Shown one piece after another: positions 17,406-26,990 of a stretch of 64,000 nt of DNA. Every line of letters begins with the position of its first letter. Positions within the stretch are counted from its first letter, which is position 1. The position numbers and the translations under genes were made by a program. Below the pieces are notes generated by a model that was given only the letters and a program-made list of their open reading frames with translations, made no database searches and was not told where the DNA came from. The DNA comes from a virus. The DNA is taken from the IMG/VR virus record IMGVR_UViG_3300033148_007251, positions 11,280 to 75,279 of that record; one strand, 5' to 3'.

Positions 17406-19385
17406 ATGCAAATTACAAACGCAATAAAGAATTTCTTTTCTCGCAATCTGGCTTTTTCTAATTCGTTTGCCATTAAAACAGGCACACCAATTTATAAAGA
17501 TTGGACTGTGCAAAAAGCGGTCAAAGACGGATACAAAGTTAATAGTTGGGTCTATAGGGCGGTTAGTTTAATTACCAAATCTGCATCAAGTGTCCCCTGG
17601 ATCGTAGTGAACGAAGATGGTGAATCAGTAGATCATTATCTGAGTAATCTCATGAAACATCCAAATAATGCCGTTTCGAGACAAGATATGTTCGAGCTCC
17701 TTGTGGCATGGCTTGAATTAAGCGGGAATGCTTATGTGAAAACAGTTAAGGTTGCTGGAAAAACAATTGAGCTATGGCCTGTGTCTCCGGATCGCTTAAA
17801 ACCAGTTTTGTCCAAAAACATCTCCGAATGGATTAGCGGTTATGCTTTGGATGAATCAACTAAGGCGGATTTTGAGTCTGATGAAATTATTCATTTTAAG
17901 TATTTTGATCCAGCTAATCCTTATGAAGGGATTGGCTCCTTGCAGGCGGTTTGCAAAACGGTTGATGTAGACGTAGATCAGTTAAATTGGAATAAGTCAT
18001 CTATGCAGAATAGAGGCGTACTTGACGGAGTGTTTTCATTCAAGAAAGAGTTTCGCTCCCAGGAACAAGCGGATGCTATCTCTACGAAGCTTAATGAGAA
18101 GCATGCAGGGGGGTTCAACGCACATAAATTAGGTGTTGTAGGGAGCGAGGCAAAATATATAAGAACAGCTCTTACCCCAGTTCAAATGGATTTTATTAGT
18201 TCCAGAAAGTTTAACAGAGATGAGATATTCATTGTTTTTGGCGTGCCTCCGCAATATGCAGGGACGCAAGAGTCTTCGACATATAATAATTATCAAACAT
18301 CAGAATTGATTTTCTGGTTCCAAAAAATTATTCCTTTGCTTGATGATTTAAGAGACACCTTAAATTTCTTTTTTAGAGATGAACTTGGAGAAGGCCTTAA
18401 GCTCACTTTTGACCTAAGTAGAATTCCGGCAATTAGACGAGCGCTTCTGGAAAGATCAAAAACGGCAAAAATATTATTTGACATGGGAGTCCCCGTAAAT
18501 CAACTGAATCGGATATTTGAATTTGGCATTGAAGAATTTGAAGGTTGGAAAGTATCTCGTGTTGGTAACAATTCCACGGCTGAAAAGGTAGAGACAAAAT
18601 CAACAAGTAAAAATATCGAGACACGTAAAACATTGTTGTCACAGAGAGACATAGAATCTGAAGTGAAAACCAGGATGGACTTCGCTGATAGTAAAGTTAA
18701 AAGCATAGAGATTTTGCTGGGAGACCAACAAGAAGTTATATTCGATGCTATTGAAGCGAAGGCGAATAATAAAGGTATAGTTAATTGGATCGATGTTGAG
18801 CGGTTATTGTCAAGCACTTGGTCTGATTGGATAAATGTATATACCAGTTTAACGAGTGAATATGCCGAAATAGCGGCAGGACAAGTAGTGATTGTAAAAA
18901 GAGCCACAGTTGAAGCTGAAATTAAAGATTTAATCAATTTGTACCTTGTGGAAGAAAAAACGGTTTTAACGGAGATAAGCTTGATTTCCAAATCAACAGT
19001 TGGCAAGTTGATCGATCAAGTTGAAGAAGGAATCGAAAACGCATGGACAGTCTCAGCGCTACAGCAGGCAATAGTAGATATAGGGGTCTTCTCCCCGGCA
19101 AGAGCATTGACATTATCCAGAACCATAACGGGTACAGCGGGTAGCATCGGTCAGTTTGTTAGTGCTCGACACTCAGGAGCGACGCATAAAAAATGGATCA
19201 ATTCCGTGTTTGATGTCAGAGACTTACATGTTACCAGAGCGGCTCAGCCAGCAGTAAAGATTAACGATAGATTTAGCGCTATGGACGGAGCTTTTCAGGG
19301 GCCGCTGTATCCTTTAGATAATGTATTAACTCCAGGAGATCGAATAAATTGTAGATGTTCAATAAGTTTTGAGATTCGGAAGTAA
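17406..19385 (+). CDS. HK97-family portal fused to a MuF/SPP1 gp7-like minor head domain
   Basis: Portal motifs (LSGNAY, EIIHFK, FGVPP) in the N-terminal ~380 aa; C-terminal KKW...VR..H...INCRC. Confidence 0.88.
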   Translation: MQITNAIKNFFSRNLAFSNSFAIKTGTPIYKDWTVQKAVKDGYKVNSWVYRAVSLITKSASSVPWIVVNEDGESVDHYLSNLMKHPNNAVSRQDMFELLVAWLELSGNAYVKTVKVAGKTIELWPVSPDRLKPVLSKNISEWISGYALDESTKADFESDEIIHFKYFDPANPYEGIGSLQAVCKTVDVDVDQLNWNKSSMQNRGVLDGVFSFKKEFRSQEQADAISTKLNEKHAGGFNAHKLGVVGSEAKYIRTALTPVQMDFISSRKFNRDEIFIVFGVPPQYAGTQESSTYNNYQTSELIFWFQKIIPLLDDLRDTLNFFFRDELGEGLKLTFDLSRIPAIRRALLERSKTAKILFDMGVPVNQLNRIFEFGIEEFEGWKVSRVGNNSTAEKVETKSTSKNIETRKTLLSQRDIESEVKTRMDFADSKVKSIEILLGDQQEVIFDAIEAKANNKGIVNWIDVERLLSSTWSDWINVYTSLTSEYAEIAAGQVVIVKRATVEAEIKDLINLYLVEEKTVLTEISLISKSTVGKLIDQVEEGIENAWTVSALQQAIVDIGVFSPARALTLSRTITGTAGSIGQFVSARHSGATHKKWINSVFDVRDLHVTRAAQPAVKINDRFSAMDGAFQGPLYPLDNVLTPGDRINCRCSISFEIRK

Positions 19386-19419
19386 CAAATAACTTGATGT
19401 AAAAAAATGGAGACACAAT

Positions 19420-20541
19420 ATGAAAATGAAAACACTTGAATATAGGGGTTTTAACTCGACCCTGGATCTGAGAACAGCAGACGGTAATGAATGGATCTTT
19501 GAAGGGTATGCAGTAACATGGAATACCATAGATGATTACAGAACGACTTTTAAAAGAGGCGCATTCAAGAAGACGATTTCGGAGCGAGGCAAGCACATAA
19601 AGATTTTGTGGAATCATGACTCGGACGAACCAATTGGCAAGATTGTTGAGTTGAGAGAAGACGACATCGGCCTGTTTATTAGAGGACTTTTAACAGAGGG
19701 GGTAACAAAGGCAGCAGACGTTTATCACAATCTTAAGGCTGGCGTTATTGACACTTTGTCATTTGGATTTATCCCCCTGCAGAAAAAAGCAGCGGATAAA
19801 GATGGAGTCGTTTGCATAACTGAAGTAAAGTTGTACGAGATTTCTCCTGTAACATTTGAGGCGAACTCAACAGCCGTTATTACGGACGTAAGAACCAAAG
19901 AAGATTCTTCAAATCAAGAAAACAAAGAAGGGCGTTCCGAAGATTTCGGGGAGACAGTAAATGAATCACTTCTGGCCAAAGAGGGGTATTTGTTATTTGA
20001 TGCTTTGTGTGAGACTCTACAAGATATATGGTGGAATAATGATGATAAAGAGGATATAGTATCGAAACAAGATAAAGTGATTGCAGAGTTCCATGCAGCT
20101 TATCTTAAATGGTCTTCTGGATATATAGACAAGTTTTGGAGCGAAAGAAAAACGGCCTTGGCGAGAAATGATCTTGCTAAAGCATTTGTTCTTGAATTGA
20201 AGGATTCACTTGAAGTGATGTCGAGTAACACTTCCTTCACTATCAAGGAGATTAAAGCACTTTCTTCAGGAAAGATACTTACTAAAGAGAGTCGCAAGAA
20301 ATTGGTCGAGCTTCCTGAGCCTATCAGGGCTGCACACCAAAAAGAGAGATGCAAAGTCGTTGAGTCACTTTGTGATGAATTGAGAGTTGGTGGATTTAGT
20401 GTTGCCGAAAGTCAAAGGTTTAGTTCTTTGCTGAGACTAAGAGATATCCAGAAAAGGGAAGATGTATTAAGTTTTCCAAATATTTCAAACAATATTATTT
20501 CTGAATTGGTGAAGATTAGAGGCAGCATTAATCAAGAGTAA
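19420..20541 (+). CDS. HK97-family prohead protease with C-terminal extension
   Basis: FEGYA..W, LWNHD, LSFGF, LYEISPVTFEAN. Confidence 0.92.
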   Translation: MKMKTLEYRGFNSTLDLRTADGNEWIFEGYAVTWNTIDDYRTTFKRGAFKKTISERGKHIKILWNHDSDEPIGKIVELREDDIGLFIRGLLTEGVTKAADVYHNLKAGVIDTLSFGFIPLQKKAADKDGVVCITEVKLYEISPVTFEANSTAVITDVRTKEDSSNQENKEGRSEDFGETVNESLLAKEGYLLFDALCETLQDIWWNNDDKEDIVSKQDKVIAEFHAAYLKWSSGYIDKFWSERKTALARNDLAKAFVLELKDSLEVMSSNTSFTIKEIKALSSGKILTKESRKKLVELPEPIRAAHQKERCKVVESLCDELRVGGFSVAESQRFSSLLRLRDIQKREDVLSFPNISNNIISELVKIRGSINQE

Positions 20542-20576
20542 ACAAAATTTATAAAAATACAAAAAAGGAGTATAGC

Positions 20577-21788
20577 ATGTCAAAAGATTTAAAAGAATTT
20601 AATGAAGAATTGAACAAAACATTCGACGAATTTAAGAAAAGAAATGACCTGGCAATCGAAGAGGCTGAGAAAAGATCCGGAATTGCGACAGCAGAGACTT
20701 CTGCTATTGTCGAAAAGGTAAATGCTGATATTACTGAAATCAGAGCATCTATGAAAGAAATTGAAACTCGCATGAGCCGACCTAATTTCAATCCTGAAGG
20801 CAAAAACGAGGTTAATGCCGATGTAGAGCTTAGAAAAGCATCTTTTAATAAATGGTTGCGATTTGGATTCGATGGAGAAAAAACTTCTTGGACACCTGAA
20901 GAGAAGCGATCTTTATCTTCAGCATCTGATGGTACTGGCGGTTTTCTTGTGCCAGTTGAATGGGAATCGGGCATCATAATGAACGCTTATGATCTTGCTG
21001 AATTGCGTCCTATTTGTCAGGTTGGAACCACTGGAAGAGACACTGTGCAGCTCGGTGCGTTGTCTAAGCCGACTGTAGCATGGGGTAGGTCAGATATTGC
21101 AATTTCTACTCAATCATTAACAGCCGGAGGAGAAAGGATAACGATCTATCCGTTAAGAGCAATTGCTCTTGTTCATAATGATACTCTTGAGGACGCAGAT
21201 GCTGATCTCAATTCTGAGATTAACAATGCTTTTGGTAGAGCTGTTGCTGAGGCCGAAGATGATGCTTTTGCTATTGGTGCAGGAGATGATTCTCCAAGGG
21301 GTGTATCATCTGATTCAAGGGTTCAGGCAAATTATGTTTTCTCTGGTGTTTCTGATGCTTTGTCAGATTCTACTCATAACGGCGTTGATGTACTAACTGA
21401 CTGTATGTACAAACCAAAGAAGGCTTATCGTAAAAACGGTACATGGGCATTCAATTCAACAACTGAAGCAGCTATTCGTAAGTTAAAAGACGGAGAAGGT
21501 CGTTATCTGTGGCAGCCTCCAGTTCAGGAAGGACGACCGGCTTTATTGCTTGGTAAACCTATTGTTAATCCTGAAGGTATGGCTGATATTGCAGCCAATG
21601 CTTATGTTGTTGTATTTGGTGATTTCATGGCCGGTTACAAAATTAGAGATCGTAAAGGGATTACAGTTACTCGGCTTGTTGAGCGTTACGCAGAGTACGA
21701 GCAAACTGGTTTCAAGATTGTCGCCCGAGTTGGTGGACAAGTAACTTTGGCAGAGGCCTTTGGTTGCCTTAAAATCGCTACATCATAG
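20577..21788 (+). CDS. Major capsid protein (HK97 fold, delta domain)
   Basis: Coiled-coil N-terminus, GGFLVP, KLKDGEGRYLWQP, LLGKPI, FGDF. Confidence 0.95.
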   Translation: MSKDLKEFNEELNKTFDEFKKRNDLAIEEAEKRSGIATAETSAIVEKVNADITEIRASMKEIETRMSRPNFNPEGKNEVNADVELRKASFNKWLRFGFDGEKTSWTPEEKRSLSSASDGTGGFLVPVEWESGIIMNAYDLAELRPICQVGTTGRDTVQLGALSKPTVAWGRSDIAISTQSLTAGGERITIYPLRAIALVHNDTLEDADADLNSEINNAFGRAVAEAEDDAFAIGAGDDSPRGVSSDSRVQANYVFSGVSDALSDSTHNGVDVLTDCMYKPKKAYRKNGTWAFNSTTEAAIRKLKDGEGRYLWQPPVQEGRPALLLGKPIVNPEGMADIAANAYVVVFGDFMAGYKIRDRKGITVTRLVERYAEYEQTGFKIVARVGGQVTLAEAFGCLKIATS

Positions 21789-21803
21789 TAAGGAGGATAA
21801 AAT

Positions 21804-22277
21804 ATGGCTTATAACAAACCTTACGTGAAAGCACAAAAACTTTATGTCAATGATGTAGAGGTTACTGCTACGGCGCCAGAGCTTAATACTTTGGATGGTG
21901 CAATAGCTTCTGCTGTGCCGGTACTTACTGCAGGAGCCGCTACTGATGAGATGGATATTACCATCACCGTAAAAGATGCCGCTGGAGTTACAATCGCATC
22001 TCCGGCCATACTTGAAGTGTGGATAACTGATAGCGATACTAATTTCACACTTACAGGAACAAGTGCATCTGGCGCTTTGACCGCTATAGATGGGGCAGTT
22101 TTGCAAGAGATTACAGCCAAGAAACACATTGTTTGTCTTACACCAGCCACAGGAGTTATCAATTTGTCTCTTGTAGATAGTGCAAACACTGCCGGTGAAA
22201 TAGTATGTGTTAGGCTTCCTAATGGATTGTTTTCTCAGAGCGAAGCGTCTGTAGCCGGTAGTTACGAGGGCGGTTAA
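21804..22277 (+). CDS. Putative head decoration protein
   Basis: Follows the capsid gene; Ala/Thr-rich, beta-type composition. Confidence 0.5.
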   Translation: MAYNKPYVKAQKLYVNDVEVTATAPELNTLDGAIASAVPVLTAGAATDEMDITITVKDAAGVTIASPAILEVWITDSDTNFTLTGTSASGALTAIDGAVLQEITAKKHIVCLTPATGVINLSLVDSANTAGEIVCVRLPNGLFSQSEASVAGSYEGG

Positions 22278-22296
22278 ACAAACTTAACAATAGACT

Positions 22297-22365
22297 TTTG
22301 CGGGATAGAGTTCCATACAAACTCGATAAGCTGACGATTCCCCTTTTTCATCAGCTTCCCGCAAA
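22297..22365 (+). ncRNA. Structured leader motif, copy 1 (three-way junction)
   Basis: TTTGCGGGA..TCCCGCAAA closing GAGTT/AACTC and AGCTGA/TCAGCT stems. Confidence 0.6.
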
Positions 22366-22419
22366 TAATGATATTAAATAAAAGGGATATTAAGTTATCG
22401 AAAATAGGAGATTATAATT

Positions 22420-22797
22420 ATGAAAGGTGATGCAAAAAGCAATTTCACAATAGATGATTTGGGAATGCCAGCATTGAGCAGGTCTGCGGACACATATGTT
22501 TCGGAGTCAGTTGATCATAGTCTGGCCCCGTCATGTGAGTTTTTCATTTCATGTGGGACATATGCGACTTCATTTGTTGCTACCCTGCAGTACAGCGACG
22601 ATGATTCAACCTGGACAGATGAGCCAGATACTACAGCAGGTAATACCGTTTCTCTTACTTTGACAGTGGCCGGTAACGGTTCTATATCTTGCCCAAATCC
22701 AAGGGGAAGGTATAGCCGTATCAGCACAGTTCTGGGTGGGACATGCGTCCATAGTATTACAAGCGTTCTTGGGCCTTTGCGTTCAGTTGCTGTTTAG
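22420..22797 (+). CDS. Putative capsid cement/decoration protein
   Basis: LQYSDDDSTWTD...RYSRI jelly-roll-like pattern; position in head module. Confidence 0.55.
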   Translation: MKGDAKSNFTIDDLGMPALSRSADTYVSESVDHSLAPSCEFFISCGTYATSFVATLQYSDDDSTWTDEPDTTAGNTVSLTLTVAGNGSISCPNPRGRYSRISTVLGGTCVHSITSVLGPLRSVAV

Positions 22798-22813
22798 AAA
22801 CAGTAACCTAAAT

Positions 22814-22873
22814 AGTTACGGGATAGAGTTTCGCACTCGAAAACGGGCATCCCTAAGTCCTATTCCCGTAACT
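22814..22873 (+). ncRNA. Structured leader motif, copy 2
   Basis: AGTTACGGGA..TCCCGTAACT closing GAGT/ACTC and GGGC/GTCC stems. Confidence 0.6.
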
Positions 22874-22896
22874 TAATCATTAGGAGATAGACGGTT

Positions 22897-23184
22897 ATGA
22901 AAACAAAAATAAAAATGACAGAATCCAAAAAAGGGAGTCCGAACGGAACAACAGTAATTAATTATATTGCTGGAAAAGAGTACGATCTTCCAGAAGGCTT
23001 AGCAAACGTTTTTGTTAATAAGCTTTTAGTTGCGGTAGAGATAAAAAATCAGGTTGATCAGGTAAAGGAAATTGAAATATCAGAGAAAGATCTCAATATT
23101 GAAACCCCTGAAAAGAAGCTTCACATTGAAATACCGATGAAAAAAGTAAAGAAACAAAGGAAAAAGAAGTCCAAAAAGGTATAA
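22897..23184 (+). CDS. Hypothetical head-associated protein
   Basis: ORF with RBS and basic C-terminus. Confidence 0.6.
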   Translation: MKTKIKMTESKKGSPNGTTVINYIAGKEYDLPEGLANVFVNKLLVAVEIKNQVDQVKEIEISEKDLNIETPEKKLHIEIPMKKVKKQRKKKSKKV

Positions 23185-23195
23185 TAAGGTAAACT

Positions 23196-23750
23196 ATGGC
23201 AATTGAATTAGTATCATATGCGTCTTTAAAAGCACTTTTAACTTTGGAAGATGCTTTGATAACAGACTATCCGGCATTGAATCTCATTAGAACATCTGTA
23301 ACGTCTGCTATCGAGGAATACCTAGATCGGTCACTGGAGGAGATAGAGCGCACAGAAACAGTTTACATTGGCGGTTTCGCAACAAAGATGATTAGGTTAC
23401 CTGGCATACCTGTAGCAAGTGTCTCATCTGTTACTGTAACTATAGCCGGAGAATCCGAGACTTATGATGAAAATGAGGAGTTTGAAATAACCGAATACGG
23501 AATCAGATTATTGGTGGCTTTGAGTAACGCTAAAGTAGTAATTGTTTATACGGGTGGAATTTCGGTTGTACCCGGCGTAATTGAAAGGGCAGCATTATTG
23601 CAAACAGCGTATGAATTTCAGTCAAAAGACCAGATCGGAGCCGAATCTGTTACGACTTCGGGTGGCAGCGTAAGCAGACCAGCACTGGGGTTACTTAAAG
23701 AGGTAAAAAGGATGCTTAATAACGAGAAACATCCATTGTTACTGGTATAG
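23196..23750 (+). CDS. Head-tail adaptor (gp6/gp15-like)
   Basis: LVSYASLKALL...AIEEYLDR...VVIVYTGG...VP..IERAALL; synteny. Confidence 0.8.
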   Translation: MAIELVSYASLKALLTLEDALITDYPALNLIRTSVTSAIEEYLDRSLEEIERTETVYIGGFATKMIRLPGIPVASVSSVTVTIAGESETYDENEEFEITEYGIRLLVALSNAKVVIVYTGGISVVPGVIERAALLQTAYEFQSKDQIGAESVTTSGGSVSRPALGLLKEVKRMLNNEKHPLLLV

Positions 23751-23753
23751 ATT

Positions 23754-24344
23754 ATGCAAATTGAAGTAAAAAAATTTGTTGAGATTGATCAATATCTCAA
23801 AGATATGCCAGAGACGATGTTTGATGATGCTAAGCCTTTATTCCAAAAGGCAGTTATTGACGCTGACAAAAGAGTAAAAAGGCTTTTTGGAATTCGGATA
23901 CAGTCTCGAACAGGAAACCTTCGTAGGTCTTTGAGAACAAGCGTAAAGGGAATGAGCCTTGATAGTTTACAGGCATCGTTTTATAGTGCTGCAAATGTCG
24001 CTGGAACACCGATTGTTCATGCTCCGATTCAGGAATTTGGAGGGACAATCAACGCTATTGATAAATACAAAAAAGTACCTGGTGGGCCTTATCTGAATGT
24101 TCCGACCGAAGCCAATCAGACGGCAGCGGGTGTTATGAGGAAGACTGCAAGAATGGTTTTTAATAAGGGCGGGTATATTCAAAAAACAAAGAAGGGCAGA
24201 TGGGGAGTATTTTTGGGAAATAAAATGATGTTTGCCTTGGTAAAAAGAGTTCACGTTACTCCAAAATTAAGCATGCGCTCATCGGCAGAAAGACAAGTAT
24301 CTCGTTTATTATCAAGCTTATCTAAAATAATAGGGAACGATTAA
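23754..24344 (+). CDS. Neck/tail-completion (virion morphogenesis) protein
   Basis: RTGNLRRS, APIQEFGGTI; synteny. Confidence 0.7.
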   Translation: MQIEVKKFVEIDQYLKDMPETMFDDAKPLFQKAVIDADKRVKRLFGIRIQSRTGNLRRSLRTSVKGMSLDSLQASFYSAANVAGTPIVHAPIQEFGGTINAIDKYKKVPGGPYLNVPTEANQTAAGVMRKTARMVFNKGGYIQKTKKGRWGVFLGNKMMFALVKRVHVTPKLSMRSSAERQVSRLLSSLSKIIGND

Positions 24345-24346
24345 TT

Positions 24347-24835
24347 ATGGCCACTGCGATAAATACAATATTGGCAAAAATTGGTGCAAGGCTTGCTAAT
24401 ATAACAATCACAAACGAATACAATTACACGTTCAAAAAAATACAAGAAGGTATGCTCAAGCCCTTTGCTGGCTATGATTTACCAGCCATAAACTATTGGT
24501 GCACAAGTTTGGCCAATGAACGAACTGTGTACGATGATGATAATAGAGTCCTTGATTTAGTGATAGAGGCTTTTTCTATGACTCGTGACGAACCGTTTAC
24601 CCGAGTTGTTAGTAAGCTCGCCGCTGATATTGTAACAGGGCTAAATAGGGCGACAGGTTCTCCAGCAGTATCCGACTCGCCTAGTTATGATCTGGGAGAA
24701 ACGGTTACAGAGTTAATTTTTGACAGTTATGATTATGAGATTGGAGAAGGGCAAGACCCTTGGTGCGGGGCATTATTAAGATTTACTATTAAATATAGAA
24801 CGAATCCAAACGAGATGGTACTGTATGGGGTTTAA
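24347..24835 (+). CDS. Tail terminator
   Basis: Size, LPAI motif and synteny before the tail tube gene. Confidence 0.65.
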   Translation: MATAINTILAKIGARLANITITNEYNYTFKKIQEGMLKPFAGYDLPAINYWCTSLANERTVYDDDNRVLDLVIEAFSMTRDEPFTRVVSKLAADIVTGLNRATGSPAVSDSPSYDLGETVTELIFDSYDYEIGEGQDPWCGALLRFTIKYRTNPNEMVLYGV

Positions 24836-24862
24836 AACAATCTAAAAAGGGGGTAGATTGAC

Positions 24863-26971
24863 ATGAAAAAAGTAGCTATAATATGTAGTCCAGGTATGGA
24901 CAATCATTTACAGGAGATAATACAATATCTGGGAGAGAATTATGAAACAAAGATTTGTGTTACTAATGATCAGGAAGCTATATATAATGTTTCAAAATGG
25001 GCGGATGTAATTTGGATAGAATGGGGAGATCAGGCAGCAATTAATGTGACGAGGCAGGGTCAATTACTTTTTGGAAAACAGGTTATCTTAAGGATACACA
25101 GTTACGAAGTATTTACCAATTATCTTGATTACATTAAATGGTCTGCAGTAACAGATTTAGTTTTTGTAGCTGAACATATTAGGAACCTTGCTATACAAAA
25201 ATTTCCTCGTATTAGAAGAGAAGTTGATCGGATCCATGTAATACCAAACGGAATTGACGTAAAGAGGTTTAAAGGCATTTGTCCGGAGAACAATAAACAA
25301 CTTGCATATCTTGGGTTCATCAATTTTAAGAAGGCACCGTTACTTTTGTTTACAGCTTTCGCCGAATTATTAAAAATGGACGCCAGCTATAAACTTCACA
25401 TAGGCGGGACATTTCAAGAAGAGAGATATGCTTTATATTTAAGGCAAATGAGCGAAGATCTTGACATCAAAGATAATATAATTATTTATGACTGGGTGGA
25501 GAAACCGGAAGATTGGCTACAAGATAAAAGCCATATACTTTGTACCTCTGTTTTGGAGAGTCAAGGAAAAGGCATAATGGAAGCCATGGCGATGGGTCTA
25601 AAGCCTATTATACATAATTTTGTAGGGGCAAAAAATATCTATCCAAAGAAATATTTGTGGAATACGGTTTCTGAATTCTGTAATATGATCGTTATGTCGT
25701 CTCAATATGATCCGGAAGAATACAGAGAGTATGTTGTCGACAATTATGAAATGGAAGAGCAACATACTAAGATCAAAAACATAATTGACATTAACAAAAA
25801 ACCGATTAGTGTTTTTATGGCAGACAATAAAGTTAAACCGATAACTTTATCCGTTACAATGATAATGAGGGACGAGGAAAAGAATATCGGGAGGTGCTTG
25901 GAATCAGTAAAAGGTATCGCTGACGAGATAGTTATTGTAGATACAGGATCAATAGATAATAGTGTGGCTATAGCAGAGGCGCACGGAGCTAAAGTCTATC
26001 ATCATCCATGGGAGGACGACTTCTCACTCCACAGAAACCAAGTTATTGGTTATGCAAGCGGAGATTGGATGTTGCAAATAGACGCTGATGAAGAGTTGGT
26101 TATTAATGATAAGGGAAATTTAAAAGCGATTTTAGCTAAAATAAATCCAGAATATAACGGAGTGTCTATAGTTTTAAGAGATACGTGTATAGAATCAGGA
26201 ACTCAATTTAATGCGTCAAGGATATTCAGGCGGGGATTCGTTGAGTATCATAGAGCTGTGCATAATAAACCGATTTATGAAGGAGCAAGCAAATTCGGTT
26301 CCGTGTTAATCCAGGGCGTCGAGATAGTTCATTATGGTTCTCATTATCAAATATCAAAAGAAGAATCCAAAAAAAAGGGAGATAGAACTCGTAAATTATT
26401 AATCAAATCTCTTCGCAATGATCCAGACGATTATGAATTGCTTTTTTATTTTATGCAATTGGAAGGAACCGTAGGGAATATCGAAAAGGCAGTTGAGTAC
26501 GGAGAGAAATATCTGGCATGCAAAAATAAATGCGACGGTTTTAATGATTCTGTTTATTATTCAATAATAAGATTGAATATGGAAATAGGGAACATTGAAA
26601 AGGCTCGGCATTGGTTGAGGGAAGCGCAAATACTACTTCCTGGGGATTTAGACATAGCATTTGTAACGACTGAGCTGGGAGTTATTACTGGCAACGGTCA
26701 ATTGTTACTTGAAGGCGCTAGAAATTACATAAAGCAATATAAGAGATTTCAGGAGAGCCCGGATCTTACGGGATGTCGTTTTATCTTTTCCCTTAAACCG
26801 GATAGCCTTTATTTTGTGCTAAAACACATGACTGCGTATTTATTGGGCGACGGAGTTTCTTGTTTAGACCTTTTAAAAGGTTCGATTGGAAATCTTTCCG
26901 TAGAACAGCAGGCAATCGCAGTTAAAGAAATAGAAGAAATATTGAGTCCAATTGGCGTAAAGACAAACTGA
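24863..26971 (+). CDS. Bifunctional glycosyltransferase: GT4 (GT-B) + GT2 (GT-A) + TPR-like C-terminus
   Basis: VIPNGID, ESQGKGIMEAMAMG (GT4); MIMRDEEKNIGRCL, VDTGSID, WEDDFSLHRN, IDADEE (GT2). Confidence 0.92.
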   Translation: MKKVAIICSPGMDNHLQEIIQYLGENYETKICVTNDQEAIYNVSKWADVIWIEWGDQAAINVTRQGQLLFGKQVILRIHSYEVFTNYLDYIKWSAVTDLVFVAEHIRNLAIQKFPRIRREVDRIHVIPNGIDVKRFKGICPENNKQLAYLGFINFKKAPLLLFTAFAELLKMDASYKLHIGGTFQEERYALYLRQMSEDLDIKDNIIIYDWVEKPEDWLQDKSHILCTSVLESQGKGIMEAMAMGLKPIIHNFVGAKNIYPKKYLWNTVSEFCNMIVMSSQYDPEEYREYVVDNYEMEEQHTKIKNIIDINKKPISVFMADNKVKPITLSVTMIMRDEEKNIGRCLESVKGIADEIVIVDTGSIDNSVAIAEAHGAKVYHHPWEDDFSLHRNQVIGYASGDWMLQIDADEELVINDKGNLKAILAKINPEYNGVSIVLRDTCIESGTQFNASRIFRRGFVEYHRAVHNKPIYEGASKFGSVLIQGVEIVHYGSHYQISKEESKKKGDRTRKLLIKSLRNDPDDYELLFYFMQLEGTVGNIEKAVEYGEKYLACKNKCDGFNDSVYYSIIRLNMEIGNIEKARHWLREAQILLPGDLDIAFVTTELGVITGNGQLLLEGARNYIKQYKRFQESPDLTGCRFIFSLKPDSLYFVLKHMTAYLLGDGVSCLDLLKGSIGNLSVEQQAIAVKEIEEILSPIGVKTN

Positions 26972-26990
26972 AAAAAGAGGAGATATAATT

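Noticed and set aside
22297-22365. Hammerhead reading of the three-way-junction motif
   Set aside because: CTGACGA lies inside a stem and the core geometry does not fit; copy 2 lacks it
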